NCBI GenBank assembly: GCA_964016885.1
Contig: OZ024740.1
Location: 2,914,001 to 2,978,000, forward strand
Source: Eledone cirrhosa
Taxonomy: Eukaryota
Length of the DNA stretch: 64,000 nt
Direction: 5' to 3'
The position numbers and the translations under genes were made by a program. Below are positions 1 to 15,000 of the stretch, piece by piece (positions within the stretch are counted from its first letter, which is position 1; each line of letters begins with the position of its first letter). The notes under the pieces are model-generated. The model did not search any database. It had not been told where the DNA came from and was given only the letters and a program-made list of their open reading frames with translations.

Positions 1-3000
1 AATTCAGAGATTCTTTCCTGAGACATTCTAACCACATGTCTGTAGTATCAGAGCTGTGACCTCTCAATTCAGAGATTCTTTCCATGAGACATTCTAGCCA
101 CATGTTGATAGTATCAGAGCTGTGACCTCTCAATTCAGAGATTCTTTCCTGAGACATTCTAGCCACATGTTGATAGTATCAGAGCTGTGACCTCTCAATT
201 CAGAGATTCTTTCCATGAGACATTCTAGCCACATGTTGATAGTATCGGAGCTGTGACCTCTCAATTCAGAGATTCTTTCCTGAGTCATTCTAACCACATG
301 TCTGTAGTATCAGAGCTGTGACCTCTCAATTCAGAGATTCTTTCCTGAGACATTCTAACCACATGTTGATAGTATCAGAGCTGTGACCTCTCAATTCAGA
401 GATTCTTTCCTGAGACATTCTAGCCACATGTTGATAGTATCAGAGCTGTGACCTCTCAATTCAGAGATTCTTTCCTGAGACATTCTAAACCACATGTTGA
501 TAGTATCGGAGCTGTGACTTCTCAATTCAGAGATTCTTTCCATGAGACATTCTAGCCACATGTTGATAGTATCGGAGCTGTGACCTCTCAATTCAGAGAT
601 TCTTTCCTGAGACATTCTAGCCACATGTTGATAGTATCGGAGCTGTGACCTCTCAATTCAGAGATTCTTTCCATGAGACATTCTAGCCACATGTTGATAG
701 TATCGGAGCTGTGACCTCTCAATTCAGAGATTCTTTCCTGAGACATTCTAGCCACATGTTGATAGTATCGGAGCTGTGACCTCACAATTCAGAGATTCTT
801 TCCATAAGACATTCTAGCCACATGTTGATAGTATCGGAGCTGTGACCTCTCAATTCAGAGATTCTTTCCATGAGACATTCTAGCCACATGTTGATAGTAT
901 CGGAGTTGTGACCTCTCAATTCAGAGAATCTTTCCATGAGACATTCTAGCCACATGTTGATAGTATTGGAGCTGTGACCTCTCAATTCAGAGATTCTTTC
1001 CATGAGACATTCTAGCCACATGTTGATAGTATCGGAGCTGTGACCTCTCAATTCAGAGATTCTTTCCATGAGACATTCTAGCCACATGTTGATAGTATCG
1101 GAGCTGTGACCTCTCAATTCAGAGATTCTTTCCTGTGACATTCTAACCACATGTTGATAGTATCGGAGCTGTGACCTCTCAATTCAGAGATTCTTTCCAT
1201 GAGACATTCTAGCCACATGTTGATAGTATCGGAGCTGTGACCTCTCAATTCAGAGATTCTTTCCATGAGACATTCTAGCCACATGTTGATAGTATCGGAG
1301 CTGTGACCTCTCAATTCAGAGATTCTTTCCATGAGACATTCTAGCCACATGTTGATAGTATCAGAGCTGTGACCTCGCAATTCAGAGATTCTTTCCTGAG
1401 ACATTCTAGCCACATGTTGATAGTATCGGAGCTGTGACCTCTCAATTCAGAGATTCTTTCCATGAGACATTCTAGCCACATGTTGATAGTATTGGAGCTG
1501 TGACCTCTCAATTCAGAGATTCTTTCCATGAGACATTCTAGCCACATGTTGATAGTATCGGAGCTGTGACCTCTCAATTCAGAGATTCTTTCCATGAGAC
1601 ATTCTAGCCACATGTTGATAGTATCGGAGCTGTGACCTCTCAATTCAGAGATTCTTTCCATGAGACATTCTAGCCACATGTTGATAGTATCGGAGCTGTG
1701 ACCTCTCAATTCAGAGATTCTTTCCATGAGACATTCTAGCCACATGTTGATAGTATCGGAGCTGTGACCTCTCAATTCAGAGATTCTTTCCTGAGACATT
1801 CTAGCCACATGTTGATAGTATTGGAGCTGTGACCTCTCAATTCAGAGATTCTTTCCATAAGACATTCTAGCCACATGTTGATAGTATCGGAGCTGTGACC
1901 TCTCAATTCAGAGATTCTTTCCTGAGACATTCTAACCACATGTCTGTAGTATCAGAGCTGTGACCTCTCAATTCAGAGATTCTTTCCTGAGACATTCTAG
2001 CCACATGTTGATAGTATCAGAGCTGTGACCTCTCAATTCAGAGATTCTTTCCTGAGACATTCTAACCACATGTCTGCAGTATCAGAGCTGTGACCTCTCA
2101 ATTCAGAGATTCTTTCCTGAGACATTCTAGCCACATGTTGATAGTATCGGAGCTGTGATGTCTCAATTCAGAGATTCTTTCCTGAAACATTCTAGCCACG
2201 TGTTGATAGTATCGGAGCTGTGACCTCTCAATTCAGAGATTCTTTCCATGAGACATTCTAACCACATGTTGATAGTATCGGAGCTGTGACCTCTCAATTC
2301 AGAGATTCTTTCCATGAGACATTCTAGCCACATGTTGATAGTATCGGAGCTGTGACCTCTCAATTCAGAGATTCTTTCCATGAGACATTCTAGCCACATG
2401 TTGATAGTATCGGAGCTGTGACCTCTCAATTCAGAGATTCTTTCCATGAGACATTCTAACCACATGTTGATAGTATCGGAGCTGTGACCTCTCAATTCAG
2501 AGATTCTTTCCTGAGACATTCTAACCACATGTTGATAGTATCAGAGCTGTGACCTCTCAATTCAGAGATTCTTTCCTGAGACATTCTAACCACATGTTGA
2601 TAGTATCAGAGCTGTGACCTCTCAATTCAGAGATTCTTTCCTGAGACATTCTAAACACATGTTGATAGTATCAGAGCTGTGACCTCTCAATTCAGAGATT
2701 CTTTCCTGAGACATTCTAACCACATGTTGATAGTATCGGAGCTGTGACCTCTCAATTCAGAGATTCTTTCCATGAGACATTCTAGCCACATGTTGATAGT
2801 ATCAGAGCTGTGACCTCTCAATTCAGAGATTCTTTCCTGAGACATTCTAGCCACATGTTGATAGTATCAGAGCTGTGACCTCTCAATTCAGAGATTCTTT
2901 CCTGAGACATTCTAACCAGATGTCTGTAGTATCGGAGCTGTGACCTCTCAATTCAGAGATTCTTTCCTGAGACATTCTAACCACATGTTGATAGTATCGG

Positions 3001-6000
3001 AGCTGTGACCTCTCAATTCAGAGATTCTTTCCATGAGACATTCTAGCCACATGTTGATAGTATCGGAGCTGTGACGTCTCAATTCAGAGATTCTTTCCTG
3101 AGACATTCTAACCACATGTTGATAGTATCGGAGCTGTGACCTCTCAATTCAGAGATTCTTTCCATGAGACATTCTAGCCACATGTTGATAGTATCGGAGC
3201 TGTGACGTCTCAATTCAGAGATTCTTTCCTGAGACATTCTAACCACATGTTGATAGTATCGGAGCTGTGACCTCTCAATTCAGAGATTCTTTCCTGAGAC
3301 ATTCTAGCCACATGTTGATAGTATCGGAGCTGTGACCTCACAATTCAGAGATTCTTTCCATAAGACATTCTAGCCACATGTTGATAGTATCGGAGCTGTG
3401 ACCTCTCAATTCAGAGATTCTTTCCATGAGACATTCTAGCCACATGTTGATAGTATCGGAGTTGTGACCTCTCAATTCAGAGAATCTTTCCATGAGACAT
3501 TCTAGCCACATGTTGATAGTATTGGAGCTGTGACCTCTCAATTCAGAGATTCTTTCCATGAGACATTCTAACCACATGTTGATAGTATCGGAGCTGTGAC
3601 CTCTCAATTCAGAGATTCTTTCCTGAGACGTTCTAACCACATGTTGATAGTATCAGAGCTGTGACCTCTCAATTCAGAGATTCTTTCCTGAGACATTCTA
3701 ACCACATGTTGATAGTATCAGAGCTGTGACCTCTCAATTCAGAGATTCTTTCCATGAGACATTCTAACCACATGTTGATAGTATCAGAGCTGTGACCTCT
3801 CAATTCAGAGATTCTTTCCTGAGACATTCTAACCACATGTTGATAGTATCGGAGCTGTGACCTCTCAATTCAGAGATTCTTTCCATGAGACATTCTAGCC
3901 ACATGTTGATAGTATCAGAGCTGTGACCTCTCAATTCAGAGATTCTTTCCTGAGACATTCTAGCCACATGTTGATAGTATCAGAGCTGTGACCTCTCAAT
4001 TCAGAGATTCTTTCCTGAGACATTCTAACCAGATGTCTGTAGTATCGGAGCTGTGACCTCTCAATTCAGAGATTCTTTCCTGAGACATTCTAACCACATG
4101 TTGATAGTATCGGAGCTGTGACCTCTCAATTCAGAGATTCTTTCCTGAGACATTCTAGCCACATGTTGATAGTATCAGAGCTGTGACCTCTCAATTCAGA
4201 GATTCTTTCCTGAGACATTCTAACCACATGTTGATAGTATCGGAGCTGTGACCTCTCAATTCAGAGATTCTTTCCATGAGACATTCTAGCCACATGTTGA
4301 TAGTATCGGAGCTGTGACGTCTCAATTCAGAGATTCTTTCCTGAGACATTCTAACCACATGTTGATAGTATCGGAGCTGTGACCTCTCAATTCAGAGATT
4401 CTTTCCATGAGACATTCTAGCCACATGTTGATAGTATCGGAGCTGTGACGTCTCAATTCAGAGATTCTTTCCTGAGACATTCTAACCACATGTTGATAGT
4501 ATCGGAGCTGTGACCTCTCAATTCAGAGATTCTTTCCATGAGACATTCTAGCCACATGTTGATAGTATCGGAGCTGTGACCTCTCAATTCAGAGATTCTT
4601 TCCATGAGACATTCTAGCCACATGTTGATAGTATTGGAGCTGTAACCTCTCAATTCAGAGATTCTTTCCATGAGACATTCTAGCCACATGTTGATAGTAT
4701 CGGAGCTGTGACCTCTCAATTCAGAGATTCTTTCCTGAGACATTCTAACCACATGTTGATAGTATCGGAGCTGTGACCTCTCAATTCAGAGATTCTTTCC
4801 TGAGACATTCTAGCCACATGTTGATAGTATCGGAGCTGTGACCTCTCAATTCAGAGATTCTTTCCATGAGACATTCTAACCACATGTTGATAGTATCGGA
4901 GCTGTGACCTCTCAATTCAGAGATTCTTTCCTGAGACATTCTAACCACATGTTGATAGTATTGGAGCTGTGACCTCTCAATTCAGAGATTCTTTCCATAA
5001 GACATTCTAGCCACATGTTGATAGTATCGGAGCTGTGACCTCTCAATTCAGAGATTCTTTCCTGAGACATTCTAACCACATGTCTGTAGTATCAGAGCTG
5101 TGACCTCTCAATTCAGAGATTCTTTCCTGAGACATTCTAGCCACATGTTGATAGTATCAGAGCTGTGACCTCTCAATTCAGAGATTCTTTCCTGAGACAT
5201 TCTAACCACATGTCTGTAGTATCAGAGCTGTGACCTCTCAATTCAGAGATTCTTTCCTGAGACATTCTAGCCACATGTTGATAGTATCAGAGCTGTGACC
5301 TCTCAATTCAGAGATTCTTTCCTGAGACATTCTAACCACATGTCTGTAGTATCAGAGCTGTGACCTCTCAATTCAGAGATTCTTTCCTGAGACATTCTAA
5401 CCACATGTCTGTAGTATCAGAGCTGTGACCTCTCAATTCAGAGATTCTTTCCATGAGACATTCTAGCCACATGTTGATAGTATCAGAGCTGTGACCTCTC
5501 AATTCAGAGATTCTTTCCTGAGACATTCTAGCCACATGTTGATAGTATCAGAGCTGTGACCTCTCAATTCAGAGATTCTTTCCATGAGACATTCTAGCCA
5601 CATGTTGATAGTATCGGAGCTGTGACCTCTCAATTCAGAGATTCTTTCCTGAGTCATTCTAACCACATGTCTGTAGTATCAGAGCTGTGACCTCTCAATT
5701 CAGAGATTCTTTCCTGAGACATTCTAACCACATGTTGATAGTATCAGAGCTGTGACCTCTCAATTCAGAGATTCTTTCCTGAGACATTCTAGCCACATGT
5801 TGATAGTATCAGAGCTGTGACCTCTCAATTCAGAGATTCTTTCCTGAGACATTCTAAACCACATGTTGATAGTATCGGAGCTGTGACTTCTCAATTCAGA
5901 GATTCTTTCCATGAGACATTCTAGCCACATGTTGATAGTATCGGAGCTGTGACCTCTCAATTCAGAGATTCTTTCCTGAGACATTCTAGCCACATGTTGA

Positions 6001-9000
6001 TAGTATCGGAGCTGTGACCTCTCAATTCAGAGATTCTTTCCATGAGACATTCTAGCCACATGTTGATAGTATCGGAGCTGTGACCTCTCAATTCAGAGAT
6101 TCTTTCCTGAGACATTCTAGCCACATGTTGATAGTATCGGAGCTGTGACCTCACAATTCAGAGATTCTTTCCATAAGACATTCTAGCCACATGTTGATAG
6201 TATCGGAGCTGTGACCTCTCAATTCAGAGATTCTTTCCATGAGACATTCTAGCCACATGTTGATAGTATCGGAGTTGTGACCTCTCAATTCAGAGAATCT
6301 TTCCATGAGACATTCTAGCCACATGTTGATAGTATTGGAGCTGTGACCTCTCAATTCAGAGATTCTTTCCATGAGACATTCTAGCCACATGTTGATAGTA
6401 TCGGAGCTGTGACCTCTCAATTCAGAGATTCTTTCCTGAGACATTCTAACCACATGTCTGCAGTATCAGAGCTGTGACCTCTCAATTCAGAGATTCTTTC
6501 CTGAGACATTCTAGCCACATGTTGATAGTATCGGAGCTGTGATGTCTCAATTCAGAGATTCTTTCCTGAAACATTCTAGCCACGTGTTGATAGTATCGGA
6601 GCTGTGACCTCTCAATTCAGAGATTCTTTCCATGAGACATTCTAACCACATGTTGATAGTATCGGAGCTGTGACCTCTCAATTCAGAGATTCTTTCCATG
6701 AGACATTCTAGCCACATGTTGATAGTATCGGAGCTGTGACCTCTCAATTCAGAGATTCTTTCCATGAGACATTCTAGCCACATGTTGATAGTATCGGAGC
6801 TGTGACCTCTCAATTCAGAGATTCTTTCCATGAGACATTCTAACCACATGTTGATAGTATCGGAGCTGTGACCTCTCAATTCAGAGATTCTTTCCTGAGA
6901 CATTCTAACCACATGTTGATAGTATCAGAGCTGTGACCTCTCAATTCAGAGATTCTTTCCTGAGACATTCTAACCACATGTTGATAGTATCAGAGCTGTG
7001 ACCTCTCAATTCAGAGATTCTTTCCTGAGACATTCTAAACACATGTTGATAGTATCAGAGCTGTGACCTCTCAATTCAGAGATTCTTTCCTGAGACATTC
7101 TAACCACATGTTGATAGTATCGGAGCTGTGACCTCTCAATTCAGAGATTCTTTCCATGAGACATTCTAGCCACATGTTGATAGTATCAGAGCTGTGACCT
7201 CTCAATTCAGAGATTCTTTCCTGAGACATTCTAGCCACATGTTGATAGTATCAGAGCTGTGACCTCTCAATTCAGAGATTCTTTCCTGAGACATTCTAAC
7301 CAGATGTCTGTAGTATCGGAGCTGTGACCTCTCAATTCAGAGATTCTTTCCTGAGACATTCTAACCACATGTTGATAGTATCGGAGCTGTGACCTCTCAA
7401 TTCAGAGATTCTTTCCATGAGACATTCTAGCCACATGTTGATAGTATCGGAGCTGTGACGTCTCAATTCAGAGATTCTTTCCTGAGACATTCTAACCACA
7501 TGTTGATAGTATCGGAGCTGTGACCTCTCAATTCAGAGATTCTTTCCATGAGACATTCTAGCCACATGTTGATAGTATCGGAGCTGTGACGTCTCAATTC
7601 AGAGATTCTTTCCTGAGACATTCTAACCACATGTTGATAGTATCGGAGCTGTGACCTCTCAATTCAGAGATTCTTTCCTGAGACATTCTAGCCACATGTT
7701 GATAGTATCGGAGCTGTGACCTCACAATTCAGAGATTCTTTCCATAAGACATTCTAGCCACATGTTGATAGTATCGGAGCTGTGACCTCTCAATTCAGAG
7801 ATTCTTTCCATGAGACATTCTAGCCACATGTTGATAGTATCGGAGTTGTGACCTCTCAATTCAGAGAATCTTTCCATGAGACATTCTAGCCACATGTTGA
7901 TAGTATTGGAGCTGTGACCTCTCAATTCAGAGATTCTTTCCATGAGACATTCTAACCACATGTTGATAGTATCGGAGCTGTGACCTCTCAATTCAGAGAT
8001 TCTTTCCTGAGACGTTCTAACCACATGTTGATAGTATCAGAGCTGTGACCTCTCAATTCAGAGATTCTTTCCTGAGACATTCTAACCACATGTTGATAGT
8101 ATCAGAGCTGTGACCTCTCAATTCAGAGATTCTTTCCATGAGACATTCTAACCACATGTTGATAGTATCAGAGCTGTGACCTCTCAATTCAGAGATTCTT
8201 TCCTGAGACATTCTAACCACATGTTGATAGTATCGGAGCTGTGACCTCTCAATTCAGAGATTCTTTCCATGAGACATTCTAGCCACATGTTGATAGTATC
8301 AGAGCTGTGACCTCTCAATTCAGAGATTCTTTCCTGAGACATTCTAGCCACATGTTGATAGTATCAGAGCTGTGACCTCTCAATTCAGAGATTCTTTCCT
8401 GAGACATTCTAACCAGATGTCTGTAGTATCGGAGCTGTGACCTCTCAATTCAGAGATTCTTTCCTGAGACATTCTAACCACATGTTGATAGTATCGGAGC
8501 TGTGACCTCTCAATTCAGAGATTCTTTCCTGAGACATTCTAGCCACATGTTGATAGTATCAGAGCTGTGACCTCTCAATTCAGAGATTCTTTCCTGAGAC
8601 ATTCTAACCACATGTTGATAGTATCGGAGCTGTGACCTCTCAATTCAGAGATTCTTTCCATGAGACATTCTAGCCACATGTTGATAGTATCGGAGCTGTG
8701 ACGTCTCAATTCAGAGATTCTTTCCTGAGACATTCTAACCACATGCTGATAGTATCGGAGCTGTGACCTCTCAATTCAGAGATTCTTTCCATGAGACATT
8801 CTAGCCACATGTTGATAGTATCGGAGCTGTGACGTCTCAATTCAGAGATTCTTTCCTGAGACATTCTAACCACATGTTGATAGTATCGGAGCTGTGACCT
8901 CTCAATTCAGAGATTCTTTCCATGAGACATTCTAGCCACATGTTGATAGTATCGGAGCTGTGACCTCTCAATTCAGAGATTCTTTCCATGAGACATTCTA

Positions 9001-12000
9001 GCCACATGTTGATAGTATTGGAGCTGTGACCTCTCAATTCAGAGATTCTTTCCATGAGACATTCTAGCCACATGTTGATAGTATCGGAGCTGTGACCTCT
9101 CAATTCAGAGATTCTTTCCTGAGACATTCTAACCACATGTTGATAGTATCGGAGCTGTGACCTCTCAATTCAGAGATTCTTTCCTGAGACATTCTAGCCA
9201 CATGTTGATAGTATCGGAGCTGTGACCTCTCAATTCAGAGATTCTTTCCATGAGACATTCTAACCACATGTTGATAGTATTGGAGCTGTGACCTCTCAAT
9301 TCAGAGATTCTTTCCATAAGACATTCTAGCCACATGTTGATAGTATCGGAGCTGTGACCTCTCAATTCAGAGATTCTTTCCTGAGACATTCTAACCACAT
9401 GTCTGTAGTATCAGAGCTGTGACCTCTCAATTCAGAGATTCTTTCCTGAGACATTCTAGCCACATGTTGATAGTATCAGAGCTGTGACCTCTCAATTCAG
9501 AGATTCTTTCCTGAGACATTCTAACCACATGTCTGTAGTATCAGAGCTGTGACCTCTCAATTCAGAGATTCTTTCCTGAGACATTCTAGCCACATGTTGA
9601 TAGTATCAGAGCTGTGACCTCTCAATTCAGAGATTCTTTCCTGAGACATTCTAACCACATGTCTGTAGTATCAGAGCTGTGACCTCTCAATTCAGAGATT
9701 CTTTCCTGAGACATTCTAACCACATGTCTGTAGTATCAGAGCTGTGACCTCTCAATTCAGAGATTCTTTCCATGAGACATTCTAGCCACATGTTGATAGT
9801 ATCAGAGCTGTGACCTCTCAATTCAGAGATTCTTTCCTGAGACATTCTAGCCACATGTTGATAGTATCAGAGCTGTGACCTCTCAATTCAGAGATTCTTT
9901 CCATGAGACATTCTAGCCACATGTTGATAGTATCGGAGCTGTGACCTCTCAATTCAGAGATTCTTTCCTGAGTCATTCTAACCACATGTCTGTAGTATCA
10001 GAGCTGTGACCTCTCAATTCAGAGATTCTTTCCTGAGACATTCTAACCACATGTTGATAGTATCAGAGCTGTGACCTCTCAATTCAGAGATTCTTTCCTG
10101 AGACATTCTAGCCACATGTTGATAGTATCAGAGCTGTGACCTCTCAATTCAGAGATTCTTTCCTGAGACATTCTAAACCACATGTTGATAGTATCGGAGC
10201 TGTGACTTCTCAATTCAGAGATTCTTTCCATGAGACATTCTAGCCACATGTTGATAGTATCGGAGCTGTGACCTCTCAATTCAGAGATTCTTTCCTGAGA
10301 CATTCTAGCCACATGTTGATAGTATCGGAGCTGTGACCTCTCAATTCAGAGATTCTTTCCATGAGACATTCTAGCCACATGTTGATAGTATCGGAGCTGT
10401 GACCTCTCAATTCAGAGATTCTTTCCTGAGACATTCTAGCCACATGTTGATAGTATCGGAGCTGTGACCTCACAATTCAGAGATTCTTTCCATAAGACAT
10501 TCTAGCCACATGTTGATAGTATCGGAGCTGTGACCTCTCAATTCAGAGATTCTTTCCATGAGACATTCTAGCCACATGTTGATAGTATCGGAGTTGTGAC
10601 CTCTCAATTCAGAGAATCTTTCCATGAGACATTCTAGCCACATGTTGATAGTATTGGAGCTGTGACCTCTCAATTCAGAGATTCTTTCCATGAGACATTC
10701 TAGCCACATGTTGATAGTATCGGAGCTGTGACCTCTCAATTCAGAGATTCTTTCCATGAGACATTCTAGCCACATGTTGATAGTATCGGAGCTGTGACCT
10801 CTCAATTCAGAGATTCTTTCCTGTGACATTCTAACCACATGTTGATAGTATCGGAGCTGTGACCTCTCAATTCAGAGATTCTTTCCATGAGACATTCTAG
10901 CCACATGTTGATAGTATCGGAGCTGTGACCTCTCAATTCAGAGATTCTTTCCATGAGACATTCTAGCCACATGTTGATAGTATCGGAGCTGTGACCTCTC
11001 AATTCAGAGATTCTTTCCATGAGACATTCTAGCCACATGTTGATAGTATCAGAGCTGTGACCTCGCAATTCAGAGATTCTTTCCTGAGACATTCTAGCCA
11101 CATGTTGATAGTATCGGAGCTGTGACCTCTCAATTCAGAGATTCTTTCCATGAGACATTCTAGCCACATGTTGATAGTATCGGAGCTGTGACCTCTCAAT
11201 TCAGAGATTCTTTCCATGAGACATTCTAGCCACATGTTGATAGTATTGGAGCTGTGACCTCTCAATTCAGAGATTCTTTCCATGAGACATTCTAGCCACA
11301 TGTTGATAGTATCGGAGCTGTGACCTCTCAATTCAGAGATTCTTTCCATGAGACATTCTAGCCACATGTTGATAGTATCGGAGCTGTGACCTCTCAATTC
11401 AGAGATTCTTTCCATGAGACATTCTAGCCACATGTTGATAGTATCGGAGCTGTGACCTCTCAATTCAGAGATTCTTTCCATGAGACATTCTAGCCACATG
11501 TTGATAGTATCGGAGCTGTGACCTCTCAATTCAGAGATTCTTTCCTGAGACATTCTAGCCACATGTTGATAGTATTGGAGCTGTGACCTCTCAATTCAGA
11601 GATTCTTTCCATAAGACATTCTAGCCACATGTTGATAGTATCGGAGCTGTGACCTCTCAATTCAGAGATTCTTTCCTGAGACATTCTAACCACATGTCTG
11701 TAGTATCAGAGCTGTGACCTCTCAATTCAGAGATTCTTTCCTGAGACATTCTAGCCACATGTTGATAGTATCAGAGCTGTGACCTCTCAATTCAGAGATT
11801 CTTTCCTGAGACATTCTAACCACATGTCTGTAGTATCAGAGCTGTGACCTCTCAATTCAGAGATTCTTTCCTGAGACATTCTAGCCACATGTTGATAGTA
11901 TCGGAGCTGTGATGTCTCAATTCAGAGATTCTTTCCTGAAACATTCTAGCCACGTGTTGATAGTATCGGAGCTGTGACCTCTCAATTCAGAGATTCTTTC

Positions 12001-15000
12001 CATGAGACATTCTAACCACATGTTGATAGTATCGGAGCTGTGACCTCTCAATTCAGAGATTCTTTCCATGAGACATTCTAGCCACATGTTGATAGTATCG
12101 GAGCTGTGACCTCTCAATTCAGAGATTCTTTCCATGAGACATTCTAGCCACATGTTGATAGTATCGGAGCTGTGACCTCTCAATTCAGAGATTCTTTCCA
12201 TGAGACATTCTAACCACATGTTGATAGTATCGGAGCTGTGACCTCTCAATTCAGAGATTCTTTCCTGAGACATTCTAACCACATGTTGATAGTATCAGAG
12301 CTGTGACCTCTCAATTCAGAGATTCTTTCCTGAGACATTCTAACCACATGTTGATAGTATCAGAGCTGTGACCTCTCAATTCAGAGATTCTTTCCTGAGA
12401 CATTCTAACCACATGTTGATAGTATCAGAGCTGTGACCTCTCAATTCAGAGATTCTTTCCTGAGACATTCTAACCACATGTTGATAGTATCGGAGCTGTG
12501 ACCTCTCAATTCAGAGATTCTTTCCATGAGACATTCTAGCCACATGTTGATAGTATCAGAGCTGTGACCTCTCAATTCAGAGATTCTTTCCTGAGACATT
12601 CTAGCCACATGTTGATAGTATCAGAGCTGTGACCTCTCAATTCAGAGATTCTTTCCTGAGACATTCTAACCAGATGTCTGTAGTATCGGAGCTGTGACCT
12701 CTCAATTCAGAGATTCTTTCCTGAGACATTCTAACCACATGTTGATAGTATCGGAGCTGTGACCTCTCAATTCAGAGATTCTTTCCATGAGACATTCTAG
12801 CCACATGTTGATAGTATCGGAGCTGTGACGTCTCAATTCAGAGATTCTTTCCTGAGACATTCTAACCACATGTTGATAGTATCGGAGCTGTGACCTCTCA
12901 ATTCAGAGATTCTTTCCATGAGACATTCTAGCCACATGTTGATAGTATCGGAGCTGTGACGTCTCAATTCAGAGATTCTTTCCTGAGACATTCTAACCAC
13001 ATGTTGATAGTATCGGAGCTGTGACCTCTCAATTCAGAGATTCTTTCCATGAGACATTCTAGCCACATGTTGATAGTATCGGAGCTGTGACCTCTCAATT
13101 CAGAGATTCTATCCATGAGACATTCTAGCCACATGTTGATAGTATCGGAGCTGTGACCTCTCAATTCAGAGATTCTTTCCATGAGACATTCTAGCCACAT
13201 GTTGATAGTATCGGAGCTGTGACCTCTCAATTCAGAGATTCTTTCCATGAGACATTCTAACCACATGTTGATAGTATCGGAGCTGTGACCTCTCAATTCA
13301 GAGATTCTTTCCATGAGACATTCTAGCCACATGTTGATAGTATCGGAGCTGTGACCTCTCAATTCAGAGATTCTTTCCATGAGACATTCTAGCCACATGT
13401 TGATAGTATTGGAGCTGTGACCTCTCAATTCAGAGATTCTTTCCATGAGACATTCTAGCCACATGTTGATAGTATCGGAGCTGTGACCTCTCAATTCAGA
13501 GATTCTTTCCTGAGACATTCTAACCACATGTTGATAGTATCGGAGCTGTGACCTCTCAATTCAGAGATTCTTTCCTGAGACATTCTAGCTACATGTTGAT
13601 AGTATCGGAGCTGTGACCTCACAATTCAGAGATTCTTTCCATGAGACATTCTAACCACATGTTGATAGTATCGGAGCTGTGACCTCTCAATTCAGAGATT
13701 CTTTCCTGAGACATTCTAACCACATGTTGATAGTATTGGAGCTGTGACCTCTCAATTCAGAGATTCTTTCCATAAGACATTCTAGCCACATGTTGATAGT
13801 ATCGGAGCTGTGACCTCTCAATTCAGAGATTCTTTCCTGAGACATTCTAACCACATGTCTGTAGTATCAGAGCTGTGACCTCTCAATTCAGAGATTCTTT
13901 CCTGAGACATTCTAGCCACATGTTGATAGTATCAGAGCTGTGACCTCTCAATTCAGAGATTCTTTCCTGAGACATTCTTACCACATGTCTGTAGTATCAG
14001 AGCTGTGACCTCTCAATTCAGAGATTCTTTCCTGAGACATTCTAGCCACATGTTGATAGTATCAGAGCTGTGACCTCTCAATTCAGAGATTCTTTCCTGA
14101 GACATTCTAACCACATGTCTGTAGTATCAGAGCTGTGACCTCTCAATTCAGAGATTCTTTCCTGAGACATTCTAACCACATGTCTGTAGTATCAGAGCTG
14201 TGACCTCTCAATTCAGAGATTCTTTCCTGAGACATTCTAGCCACATGTTGATAGTATCAGAGCTGTGACCTCTCAATTCAGAGATTCTTTCCTGAGACAT
14301 TCTAACCACATGTCTGTAGTATCAGAGCTGTGACCTCTCAATTCAGAGATTCTTTCCTGAGACATTCTAGCCACATGTTGATAGTATCAGAGCTGTGACC
14401 TCTCAATTCAGAGATTCTTTCCTGAGACATTCTAACCACATGTCTGTAGTATCAGAGCTGTGACCTCTCAATTCAGAGATTCTTTCCTGAGACATTCTAA
14501 CCACATGTTGATAGTATCGGAGCTGTGACCTCTCAATTCAGAGATTCTTTCCATGAGACATTCTAGCCACATGTTGATATTATCGGAGCTGTGACCTCTC
14601 AATTCAGAGATTCTTTCCATGAGACATTCTAGCCACATGTTGAGAGTATCGGAGCTGTGACCTCTCAATTCAGAGATTCTTTCCCGAGACATTCTAACCA
14701 CATGTCTGTAGTATCAGAGCTGTGACCTCTCAATTCAGAGATTCTTTCCTGAGTCATTCTAACCACATGTTGATAGTATCGGAGCTGTGACCTCTCAATT
14801 CAGAGATTCTTTCCTGAGTCATTCTAACCACATGTTGAGAGTATCGGAGCTGTGACCTCTCAATTCAGAGATTCTTTCCTGAGTCATTCTAGCCACATGT
14901 TGATAGTATCGGAGCTGTGACCTCTCAATTCAGAGATTCTTTCCTGAGACATTCTAGTCACATGTTGATAGTATCAGAGCTGTGACCTCTCAATTCAGAG